Assembly (NCBI GenBank): GCA_025786725.1
Contig: JAHLTZ010000063.1
Span: forward strand, 5,575 to 69,574
Length of the DNA stretch: 64,000 nucleotides
DNA from: Syncephalis fuscata S228
Taxonomy: Eukaryota; Fungi; Zoopagomycota
Reading direction: 5' to 3'
Every line of letters starts with the position of its first letter. Position 1 is the stretch's first letter. The notes under the pieces are model-generated. The model was given only the letters and a program-made list of their open reading frames with translations, did no database searches and was not told the origin of the DNA. Shown piece after piece: positions 42,079 through 54,098 of the stretch. Position numbers and translations under genes: made by a program.

Positions 42079-42943
42079 ATGGTACAAAGTTGGAATCCCG
42101 CGGGGATTCAACAAGCATTCCGCTTATTAATACGGCCTCAATGGACTGTACCTCATTTGCTAGTGAATGGTAAATATAATGTGTATTAATTATTATACTA
42201 ATTAATTAACTATACTAGATATCAGAGGTATTGATTTTAATCAATTGTATCAAAGTGGTATACGTGGTGTTGCTTTTGACAAAGATAATTGTCTAACTAG
42301 ACCTTATGAAGATAAATTGGCTGATGAATTACAAGTAAGCTGTAGTAACTATCTAATATTGTAGTATTGATTAAATGTATTATTAGGAAGCATGGCAACA
42401 ATGCCAAACTACATTTTCAAATCATATTTGTATTGTCTCCAATTCAGCTGGTACGCTCGATGATCATGAATATCAACAGGTAGATAGCAAATAATATAAC
42501 AATAAATAGCCGTATAATTAATTTAAATAGGCAAAGAAAGTTGAAAAAGATTTAGGTGTGCCTGTATTACGACACCAACAAAAGGTAAATAGATATATGA
42601 CTAAAAGGCGCAATATTAATTATTAATGGCAGAAACCGGCCTGTGCCCAAGAGCTTTGTCAGTACTTTGCTCGTCTTAATGTACAGCCCTCAGAGATTGC
42701 CATGATAGGCGATCGCATACTTACTGATGTTGTCTATGGTCATCGAGTGGGTGCATTTACAATACTTTGTCGAAAAGTGCTAGGAGAGAATGGAGATAAT
42801 TGGGCTGCTAAACATGTAAGTTGTATAGTTATTTATTATATTTACACTTGCTAATACATTTATAGCTGAGACGTCTTGAACATCAATGGCTTGATTTAGT
42901 ATGGCCAACAGATCGTAATTCGATTACAATTCCAAGTGGATAG
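42079..42943 (+). CDS. GEP4: Mitochondrial phosphatidylglycerophosphatase (HAD IIIA)
   Basis: MVQSWNPAG, GVAFDKDNCLTRPY, IVSNSAGT, VLRHQQK|KPAC and AMIGDRILTDV. The C-terminus may extend to about 43029 if a 1-nt indel is present. Confidence 0.93.
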
Positions 42944-43135
42944 AACTAGCCAATAGTCATTGCCGTATTGTGCCACCTGAACATCCAGTGATGCGCCAAT
43001 TATTAAAACATTCATTTAATATTAAATAATCCATATAAATATATAATAAATATTTATTAGGTGATTTGCTAGTAAGCATCCATGATGAATAGATGTTAAT
43101 GTAATAGCATGAATAAATACACAATGTCATAATGA

Positions 43136-45601
43136 TTACAATTGATGGGCAAGCTGTTGATCCAATACGCGTGCTGCATGTTCCACGTCGGTCTCTGCAC
43201 CAAGTATATTAATGACTGAGGCCATCTCACGAGCTACAATAAATGTACGAGCAATAAGTGCCGGGGCCATCGATTGATTCGAGCTATTTCCCGTGACTGT
43301 TGTTAACATTTCCAGGCATTTTACTAGTGTACCGGCCAGTCTATCGGTGTCCTGAAGCAGTGCATTTCGCCATTGAATAAGTTCAATTAAGAATTGACGG
43401 AGATAAATGCCATGCGATCGCATCGTTAGACTATTCAATAAAGCAATGGCCAATGCAGGATGAGCACGTATTTCCGGTGACGCTACTCGACAAATATCGA
43501 GTGCATCTTTTGGATGACCGCAAAGTGCCCTTACTATTGCTAGCACCGTTTCTTGTGGTGTATTATCTAAACGATCAGGATTGATATGTAATTCAGCAAA
43601 TGACGCTTTAAATAATTGAGTATTACGTGCAGCCGTCTTTGGCAAATCTTGCGATTGCCATGTATTAATGCCGGCAATAACTCGTAGCCCTTGTACATCA
43701 TTGACTCGTCCCAAAGCGGCAATCATGTTAAAGCAAAATCCCGTGGTATCAATGTTTGAATAGACATGTTATCTGCCGCAACTTGAAGGCATTTACTCGT
43801 TGTTTCATTAGAATAAGCCACGTACTCCATAGACGGGCACGATGTCGATGCATTGCATAGGCAATCTCCTTGCGGTTAATAATAATACCATCGATGGACC
43901 AATGGGCCGGCCATCGACCAAATGCATATAAAAGTGCTTGTACATCGGCTCGTGTCCATAATTCGCCCAAGCCCATTAGACGAGTGGCCATAGAACGTGC
44001 ACCAATAACGTTTGATTTGTAGGCATAAGCGCAAAGCATAGTGCGATAAGCATCTGGTGAAGCCACACCACGCTTTTCAAATCGTCCTAGCATTGTTTGC
44101 CAATAAGCCATAACATCTCGCCAATCATTGCTTGCTTTAGGTATTGCTACTTATTGGCCATTGATACACGAATACATGCCTTTAAGAATAAACGCTGTAT
44201 GGCTGGATTCTTTGTAGGTGCGTTGTAGAATCTCTTTCCAATAAAGCTCCAACGCTTCAAGTGTAGTTGTTTGCCGTAGTAAAGGAGCAAATGTAGTGGC
44301 ATTAGCCAATGTGCATCAAAAGGACCTGCCAGTTGATCTAGCATCTTGAGCAATTGTTGAACACGTACTTCATAGCCAGATTCTAATGGCTGTTGTGCTG
44401 CTATTAATGCATTAATTGGCGCTGACCTAGGCTGATAGCCAGCGGCAATCATACGCTGTAAATAGCTAAATGCAATAGCTTGTCGATTGGACCGTGCATT
44501 GGCCACTATAGCCATGTTAAACACTTTCATGCTTAGTATTGCACCTGCTGCTTCAACTACTTGAAAGACTAGAGACATTAGTTAGTAAAATATTGTAGTA
44601 TTGCTCATTCAGCTTCTCACCTGTCTCTGCTTGATCTAATCGACGGCGACGATACAGTATAAGGACCATTTGTGTGTAGGCTTCTACGGCTTTATGCTGC
44701 AAAAGTATATCACCTGCATGTTTGTGATGTCGTGCAAATACTGACTCTGCCAAATCAACGCGATTGAGTCTGTCACATGCACACATTAATTGCGATACAA
44801 GACGACCAAATAATAAAGGCTGATTGGCATATTGTTCTCTAAGTTCGCTGTAGATTGTATCTATCATCCGAGTTTGTAAATCTGACGAACTAACATGGCG
44901 TAGTAATTCACAGGCTTGATTTAGAGTGGTAAATGCCTAAACAACATTTAATACAAAGTATTAGCAGACTAATACGACAACGATTTTGCTTAATAGTTAC
45001 CTGTTGTGCTTCTGTAGGCAGGCGTATTGATTTAGATCCTTCTGCTGAGCTTTTTATAGTAGATGCCAATTCTTTTTCTGCTTGATGCTGTCGTAAACGA
45101 TTCGATAGACGTGATTCTTGATTAGCAGCTTTTGTTTTTGGTTTTGTTCGTAATGATATATTGGCTTTTTTTTTTGTAAATTTGCCATAGACTGCAGTGA
45201 CTGAATGATGATATATGGATGGTTCCCATTTTGCATTAATGGGCAGCGATAAAGGAAATACTGAAAAAGAGTGCTGAGATGTTTGTGCTTGGTTCTTGTC
45301 AGTTGACTGCTTGAAAGTAGAAAAAGTAGAAGTAGAAGTAGAAGTAGAAGCAGGTAGAAGCAGTGGTAGAAGCAGTATTAGATTCATTGTCCAAGATCGT
45401 AGTTGGATCTTGTTTGTTAGCATAAAGCGAATTGGTATTAGTGCCAGGAGCAGCCAATGGTTTGCCGGAAACAAGTGATCGACGCGTCAGTTGTAGTGTT
45501 GCTCGCAAGACAAAATTGGTTGGATTACCAGACGATATGCTGATCATCGTAGGTGGTCGACTGTGCAGCAAGCATACATACGGCCTCCAACTACGCGTCA
45601 T
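43136..45601 (-). CDS. Pentatricopeptide-repeat (PPR) protein, probably mitochondrial; frameshifted in this sequence
   Basis: PPR-like helices (VFNMAIVANARS...YLQRMIAAGYQP..APINALI; AYRTMLCAYA; FNMIAALGR) and a basic N-terminal leader. Two clear introns plus several small frame breaks (about 45350, 44300, 44150, 43770). Confidence 0.7.
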
Positions 45602-46125
45602 TCTAGGTGATATTGAGCCGTATAGGCAATATAATCAACAAGAAAAGAAAAGAGATTGCTGAGAAAGAATAGTTTGGTTGTATTAATTTGAATAAATATT
45701 AATGGTGCAGTTTAATATGATCAACATCAAAGATCTACAATGTAAATGGATCGATCAATTTAACATTATTTCAATTTACTTTCTATTCATATTGAGTATT
45801 TTGTTACAAGTCAAGGCTTTAAAGTTATTTATTATTTTACATTGCGCACTATATATTTATTAATATACAATAAAATAATTGAATTGCATACTATGATTGA
45901 TATAAAGCAACAGGTTAATGTAACAACAACAACACCAAATGGAAATAATACATGACTGATTATGAATACTTTAAACAAACATCACATTATAACTCTATGC
46001 TAAAGTTGTAATAGAAAAGTATTAATAAAACAACAGTTTAATAGATTGTTAAACATCAAATAGTTTATTGAATAAAGGCCTTGTGAAAGCATAATACAGC
46101 GCTAGACTGTAATGAGCTATCATAC

Positions 46126-47522
46126 TTAGAGCTTGGAATTGGATGGCATGGTGGGTACTGGATTGAATATGCTCAGAGTTGCTCTGTAGTTCTTGGCAAC
46201 CTCTTCTGTCGAAGGGCGCTGTCCAATATTGGGATTAAGCATAGTGTTCATAACGGCAATAAGCGGTCTCAATAATGTTCGGGCATTGGCAACCATAGCA
46301 TCGTAATTCCGCTTGGCACTGTTGTAAATAACTTGTTGGCTCGAGTCTTTTGCAAGAGATTTAGCCTTACTCATCTCTGTTCGAAGAGAGACAAGTTCCG
46401 GCGATTTAAAAAAGTTATCAGGGAGTGTTGCTTTGGGATTATAATTGCGTTGGCATCTTGTTCAGATAGCATCTTGTATAGCACAGCACCAGTGGCCCAA
46501 GCAAGTTTCTTGGTGATAATGTCTTTTTGTCTCCTTCAACAAGGAAGCCAGGTGTTGCTACATCTTGTATATTTGTCGTTGCTGGAAAGACATACATCGA
46601 TGCCTCTAGCTTTCCATACTTGTCAGTATTTAAGCAAATGTCTAAATAACCAGTTAGTTTAATAGGTATGTGCTGTAGTAATGAATAGTAATCAGTTACT
46701 TACAATCTGGACCAAAGTTTTTATACAAAAGACCTGCATTTCGCATAAAATTTATGCCTATACGTTGATGATTAGAATTGAATAACAACAATAGCAATAA
46801 TAACAATGGCAATCAAAGCATTACTTACCTTGAACAACTTGACCAAATAATGGTCCTAGCTTGTTTGCCTTTTCTTCAATCGACAATCTATTAGTGTAGT
46901 CCATGAGTTTGTGGACGCAAGTGTTTTTTGTAACAAAACATTGGTGAGATTTTTTTGGAGTATCGGTAGTGAGAAGTAGTCCGCTAATGAACTTCAAACC
47001 ATTAAGATCAATGTTTCTAACGCGAATTGATGGATCTACTGGCTTGCCGTTTTTAACATTCTGATAATTGCCCACTCTCTATATTTGCAAGATTAGATGG
47101 CGTGACTAGTGACATTAAAATCTACCTTTGCAACTATGTAACGGTTTGGTACTGTTTTCATTCCAGTAGGCACACATCGGATTTCACCTTTAACTCCATT
47201 ATATACTGCTTCTGCGCCAGGTATGCCAAATTCATCAACAGGTAGACGTTTAGTGATTTGTAGCTCAGAATTGCCAAAAACATTAGGCGTGTTAAATTGG
47301 ACTGAGGTAAATGGATCTGCGACTAGCACAATATTTATTAGTTAGCTGATATCAATGTAGCCTTGGTCAGCTATACTTACCGTCATCGTTAGTAATAGCA
47401 CCAGACTTGGGTGTATTGGTTGTGGATATAGGGTTGGTTGTGGCCACTTGTAGACCGTCAGTTAGGCCTGCAAGGCATATGGCCGCAACAATAGAGAGAA
47501 GCGTAATGTTTTTGGTAGTCAT
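46126..47522 (-). CDS. Secreted protein-kinase-like (pseudokinase) protein
   Basis: Signal peptide MTTKNITLLSIVAAICLAGLTDG. Kinase-fold remnants LFGQVVQ|GINFMRNAGLLYKNFGPD (VIa/VIb), AWATGAVLYKML (IX) and MLNPNIGQRPSTEEV (XI). Frameshifts in the last exon. Confidence 0.7.
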
Positions 47523-48576
47523 GATAATCTATTATTGATTTAATGGAGAAATGTTGTGGTTAATAGAATTGCTGAAATAAAGAATGCTGTAAAATTGATG
47601 GATATTTATAAAGAAACTTCTTAACGTCTTTACTCCACGAGTATTGACTCCTGTTTCAAAAGTACTAAAGCAAAACATACAGCTACTTTATTTGGATATA
47701 AGGCTTTTAAAAAGATAAAAAAATAAATTGGAATTGACTAATAAACCAATAATACTATGCTTTTAAATTGCAATATACATAACAGATGCGGGATGTAAAT
47801 AGAATGTTCTAGTTTAACGGCAAACCAGTCGGACTCACTATTTTACAAACCCAGCTAAATTATGGATGTTCTTTCGGCTTTATTGCTTATAACAAGTCAT
47901 ATCCTATAAGCGTGGTCTTGCTAAATAAATAACAAGTTTGCACATGGCCACACTACACTGTTTTAGATGGTTTTAATTAACAATACTAATGCATTATATA
48001 CGTCATATTTAGCCCAAAATCGATAACACTTGGTCTACTTTTCTTTTACACTCAATATATTATTTGTTAAGCCAAATGTATTTTTTTTGTCAATATACAT
48101 ACACACACATATATATATATATAATAAAAGTAATAAACGAAATGAACAAAACACATTAAAACATATAAATAACAGAATGCGTATAGTATATTATTTATAA
48201 TATATAATAGTTTGATTATACAATGGGAATGATATGAATGAATAGTGAGTATATGTGTACTGCATAATAAATATATGATATGTATTTTGACAACTGATTC
48301 TATCCAACATCCAGTATCATGTTCGATAGAAAGAATATCTAGTTCGATTGCGCGTATATTATTAAATAAGGTCATTTGGCACTAAGTTACATTAAATGAT
48401 TAATAAGCTGCTACATATTAATCCAATAATCATAACACAATAAAAATAAAATAAACCAAATTTAATTAATTAAAACAAAACAGATAATCACAGTATTCAC
48501 AAATATAAAGAATTTAAAAAGAAGAGCGTAAATATTAGAGGAAAAGAGTAGCGTGGCCACAAGTGGGCGTTTTAAA

Positions 48577-50868
48577 TTAAACACTAACATCTAGTCCAAT
48601 GCTTTTAAGCATCTTTGAGCCATGCAGACTAAGCCAGTAGTCTGCAACCAAAGACACGCGCAAGTTTTCGCGCTTTGCGTATTTGTGAAAGACCTGTCGA
48701 CAATCGGGTTGGCTTTTGAATAGAGAGTGCACTAGTGTAAAGCTAGTATTGTACAACTGGCGCACTTCAAAGCCGGATGCTTTGGCATGGTTTTTTGTCT
48801 ATTGTTCCATATAAACAATAGTGATTAGCCTATTGTATAATATCACCATTGCTAATAATTACTTACCCATTCTTGCTTTCCTAAAATGCCACGGGCCAGA
48901 TAATAAGCACTGGCCGCAAGAGTGGAGGTGGACACTAAAAGAAACCGATGATCCAGTAGAGCTACTTCTAGTAGATATTTAGCCATAGCACGGATTTCCT
49001 TGTCCAAACTGTCAACGATCGATAGCTGACGTATAAAGTTGAGTGGGCTAGGCCAGCCAAATTCGTAGCCTAGTATGCTAGCAATGTATCGTTCGGACGA
49101 TTTTAAATCTTCAACGGTAAGTGTATTTCCACTCAACTCTGCAAATGTGCTAAATGCTGGCACACAACGTTCTTCGTACTTGCAAGCCAATATTAAACTG
49201 CCAGCACCGACTAATTGTAGTCGCTGTATTGATGCGTTCTTTTTGCTCAAAAAGCGGTCAAGAATATTAACACTAAGAAATAGTGTTTCTGGTAGCAATT
49301 CTAGCTTATGATGGACTTCAACCATCCAATCGATCAACTGTGTTCGCATATGCCATTCCAACTGTGTCTGTCGACTCATATAATTAGGATCAGGATGGTA
49401 TTTTTTCTAAATAAACGTTAATCGATTAGTTATTAGCCTGATTGTATACTTACTTCTAGCTCAAGCATGTATTTAATAATGTCCTTGGCATATTCAGCGA
49501 CATACATTGGATCATCTTCAATGTCCTGTTGATTTAAAGATGGCCGCTCATTACGTGTTCTTGTTTCTGCCGCTGCTTCTTCTTCTTCTGCTGCCGCTGT
49601 TGCCTTATTATTAGTAGTAGTTGTAATAGTTTTTCTAATTGGCCGTTGAGGCTCAGTAGTTGTAGTGGTAGTTTTTGGCGTTTTGCTTTTAGTAGCTTTT
49701 GGACTATCTGTTTCACTGGTAGCATATCCAGCATCCGAGTGAGTTCGTGCAGCTTTATTGGTGGCATGCGACGACATTGAATCAATACTTAGCATTGATA
49801 ATCGAGATGATGGACAAGGACGTGCATTAGGTAGTAGTCCATCCTTGTAGGTAGCTATATATCCTGGCGATAGCTCTTCTTCCACTTCGTAATCAGAGTC
49901 AGGGTCTGACGAGTGGCCAGGTGGTGGAGAGGATGCCGGCGTAGTGGCCGGCTCTTTGCCTTTACTATTACTATCCGCAGCGCAATAAGGGATGACTCCA
50001 TTGGCTGTACTGAATCATGTCCAGTCGATGTGGACGGGCGATGGACTTGTCGACTCACTCGAGATACATTTGGTGAAATTATCATGTTGTCGGCCGAGTC
50101 AACCGACTGATAAAGCTGCTCGTAGCACTCTGTTTCGTTTGAGTAGTCTTTTGTTTCGCCTGCTTGTTGGCATAAGGTTTGACAATTCTAATTGGGCGAG
50201 GCACACCATTAATTGTTTCGTACGTCGTTTGAGACGTTGCTGAATTATGCGATGATAATGGCTGTTGTTGACCTTGTAATACTGCACGACTCTGAGTAGG
50301 CTTGCCAATTTTTTGAGAACGGGTAAAATCACACGACTTTTTTAGCTAATTAATAATTGTTAGTAATATGTTATTTTGTTTTCTTTATTACTTACTTCTG
50401 ATTTGGGTGCCGTAAACTTGCTATCAAACTGGTGACCGTGGATATATTGGCATAAACACCGCTTTTGCTTTCAATAGCATAGCGTTTTGCAGATGGTTCA
50501 GCATCATTTTCTAAATCAGAACGCGCACGACGTACTGCAGGTGCAAGAGTGATCGTGGTCACAGGCTGCTGCGCCTGCTTGCTTACTTGATTGCTTTCCG
50601 CTGCAGTGGCGGTATCTTTTGCTGCACTGGACACGGCCAATGTCAATGCAGCTGCAGCAGAATCTTTAACTTCAAAACGGCCAGCGACCATTTGAGGATA
50701 AACAGCTTTACTTGAAGCTTGATCAAAACATTGATTTGACGTGTTGTCGTTCTTGTGTGCCAGACTGGCGGAGACTGGCGGAAAGCTACTGCTGGCTGGG
50801 CGGCCTTGCAATTTTCTCGTCGACGATGGAGAGAATATGTTTAGAAAGCTAGTACTGCGACTAAACAT
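48577..50868 (-). CDS. B-type cyclin (Clb/Cdc13 family)
   Basis: DPMYVAEYAKDI, MRTQLIDWMVEVHHKLELLPETLFLSVNILDRFLS, LQLVG..LILACKYEE and VFHKYA. The N-terminal region has apparent indels at about 49980-50310. Confidence 0.93.
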
Positions 50869-51870
50869 GGTGTAAACTAGATAGAAAAGCGTGTAAGCAC
50901 TCTTATCTTAACCGAGCTAAAGAGGCCTCATCTGTGTTACACCATTATCGTTTTGGATAGCTGATGCCACGCGTGCAATGTGCCCATTGGTTTTCACTGA
51001 AATGAAGCTGGGAGAGAGTCCGTTTGTATTGGCACATCCACCCACCCACACAGATACACGCACACGCACACGGACACAAATTACTTTGACAGCTACGTAT
51101 AGTAATCGTAGTAACAGCAGTAGCAACAGAAGACGGGAAATAACGACAATAACGATAACAATAATAATAAGCAGTATACCAGCCACGCACATAGCCAAAT
51201 ATTGTTTACTGCACACGTATGTATAAAATGCCATAGCACAACCAATCAGTAAAATAAAAATAAAAACTCACCAATTCAATTGGTTATTGGTGATTAACAA
51301 AAATGACAAAACTGGTGATATTGCTGTTCTTGCAAGGTGTTGTGCGTAGTTTGTAGAGTGTTTATAGACAAAAAGAATGATATATTGCAAATAGGTGTGG
51401 TATGGTGTGATGGTGTTGAGTGAAGACGACGCGTAGTTGAAAAGAAACGAGTGGCGTGTGCAGCGATAAAAGTGAATGAGTGTAAAAGTGTGCCCCGCGT
51501 GCAGTAAATTGGTTATATACGCATATCTAAAATAAGCCTTTGATAATGATTGGCTGGCAAGTAAATGTATATGGACTTGTTTAAATACAAGCCATTAAAA
51601 CAAAGGTGGAGTTGTAATTATTTCTTACGCTTTTTAGTTTTTTATTTTCTTTTTATAACTCCTATTCATTGCTAAAATAGAGAAGTAGCTTATAAACTAA
51701 ACAAAAAATGGATATAAATACGTTTTACGTATATGCACAAGAATGCCAATATAGATTAACTATTACTCCCTCCAGGGTAGTAAATAATTTTACGCGATCA
51801 ATTGTAATGATTTAAATAATTGACGAGTTAATTAAATGTAATTGAACATTGTGTCATAATAATATTAAAC

Positions 51871-52200
51871 ATTTAAATAAAGAATGTAACATGCTATTTG
51901 ATTTCATTAAACATTTGGGGATCATTATTGTTGTTGGCCATGTGTAGAAAGGTTGATCGAATATTAATAAAGCCATATAATTGCAATTCCATATCGTTCC
52001 GCAGTTGTTATTGTTGTTACTACGTACAGTGTGGTTTCTTGCATCTAAATGGTCTCTTCTATTTCCAACCTTCTACTGTTGCATTTTAGGCATATTTGCA
52101 ATGTAAGATACTCGTCTATGATGACAAAGGAAATTACTTCCACCATATGCACTAATGATAGGTTGAGTGTCGTTACCAGGAAGATCTTGTAGTGAAAGTT
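51871..52200 (-). mobile_element. Decayed Fanzor/TnpB-like nuclease 3' fragment (copy 1)
   Basis: Across frameshifts: ...QPIISAYGGSNF / FVIIDEYLTLQICLKCNSRRLE / NRRDHLDARNHTVRSNNNNNCGTIWNCNYMA / INIRSTFLHMANNNNDPQMFNEIK* (stop 51894-51896). This matches RuvC-II (DEY), the zinc knuckles and a degenerate RuvC-III WNRD. Confidence 0.78.
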
Positions 52201-53603
52201 GTAACCAGAAGATACGGCATGCCGTTGAGGTTACTTGAACAGGTGTTGATGTAAATAAGGAAAGTAAAGGCTAGGGATTGAATAGTGTTTTTTATTGATG
52301 TTCAGATACGCATGTTATTTATATTGTTATATTCTGCATTATCGTATAATATATTACTGAATAGAGCAATAAGGTAGCGATAAGAAAAAGGTAGTGAACT
52401 GAGTAAATAAAAATGTGGGAGTCAAAGTACATTAGAAATATTAAAGCCATTTAATACTAAGTCACTGTTATAAAACATACTGCCAATAAATTACTGAGTG
52501 TAATAGAAAATACAATAAAAGTCTATGTTTCTTAAATACAAGCGTAGCCATAGAAGGTGTTATTATTAAATAATAAAACATTGTTACTAATTTACCTGTA
52601 TAACTATGGTGTAAATTGCGCTATTTACTAAATGTGGTAAATAACTTAATTAGCAATAATTACATCACGTGATTGTTCCCATTTCTGGTAATCGTCAGGG
52701 TCCTTACAAAGATAGTCGTGCTTTCAGCCAAGATACGACGATCATACTATTATAATTGCTTCTAATTCGTAGCAGGAAACACAGCGCCTATAAATATTTG
52801 CGATCCACGGCCCCATATTACTTATTAAAGTAACACTGGCCCCATATCGCTTGAAGAAGAAATTGAACAGACAAGCCGTTCAAGTTCTTCCTTCGCAGTA
52901 TTCAAGACCATTTACTATAAAATGGCAACTATGTTTCTTAATCTTAATAAACATTATCTTATCTTGGTTTAAATTCTTTTTTTATTTTATTTGAATTTTG
53001 AACCTTTTGATCATTTCAGTCTTGCAGTGATTGCTAGACTGAACTGATCTTTTTATCTGAGCTAACAATATTCTAGTCATTTATTCTACTTCTGTAGAAA
53101 TTATTAATTAAAGGTTGATAATCTTTATTAATAAAAACAATTAAGTAAGTCTTATATAACACTAATTACTAACATTATAGGTCACTCAAGACCAAGCATA
53201 ATATTAGTAATCCGTTTATTATTCTACTCTTAGTGGAATAGTAACAACATAATTATATTTTAGAAGATGAACCAATAGACCAATAGTTTAAATGAATGAA
53301 TAAATAATATTTAGTATTAAAAACTGATTAACGGTTTTATTATTATTTAAATGAGATTATAGGTCTATTACTATAAACTTGCACAGTTGAATAGAAACAA
53401 CTAAATGCAAGCTTGTCAGTAAAATAATGATTCTATTGATTGCAGAGTGAGTAAACCGGAGCATTGGCCAAAACTTGGTATACAAATGGACTATGCGGCG
53501 TAGTTGTCAAATGGGCTTGCTTTTTACCGAATATATACCTAAAGTGTATTGGAATAGCGGTTTGATCGCACTACCAATGCTAATGTCTTGAAATCATAGA
53601 TTA

Positions 53604-53816
53604 TTAGCAATAACCCATTTGTTGACAATCTTCGTGACACTTCCACTTTCTAATAAGACGAGTGCAAAGCTTATTAACGCATGTATCGCAGTCCGCAGCA
53701 CCACGACGAATTAAATCTGATTTATCATCCACCATAGTTGGTTTAGCATCCACAATGGCTGTAGCGGCTATCAAAGCCACAACGACGGTGCAAACGACGG
53801 CAATAGAAAGCTTCAT
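53604..53816 (-). CDS. Small secreted Cys-rich prepropeptide (6-Cys mature peptide)
   Basis: Signal MKLSIAVVCTVVVALIAATAIVDA, pro-segment ending IRR, mature GAADCDTCVNKLCTRLIRKWKCHEDCQQMGYC. Intact and intronless. Confidence 0.88.
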   Translation of the reverse strand: MKLSIAVVCTVVVALIAATAIVDAKPTMVDDKSDLIRRGAADCDTCVNKLCTRLIRKWKCHEDCQQMGYC

Positions 53817-54098
53817 GGTAATATTAATTTGTTAAGACAAACAAACAGAGCAGGCAATAGAGCGTGGTTGGTATAGAGTGAAGAGTAGTGCGTGTATAGC
53901 AAGAAGTAGAATGTAATGATGATATTGCAGTTGGTTGTGTGTATTTTGTGGGCTATTTAAACTTATGGCTTATTGAGATGCTAGTATGCTGTAGTATATG
54001 AGGTACACCATTGATGTGTGATACGAGCCAATAAAGCAATCCGGGTAATGGTTTGAGGTACGCGTGTACCAATAGATTCAGGGTGTGATAGCATGCTT

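Noticed and set aside
44567-44620. Apparent frameshift between PPR ORFs 44553..44867 and 44147..44578
   Set aside because: Explained by a canonical intron (GTGAGA...CTAAC...CTAG) giving AET|VFQVVE.
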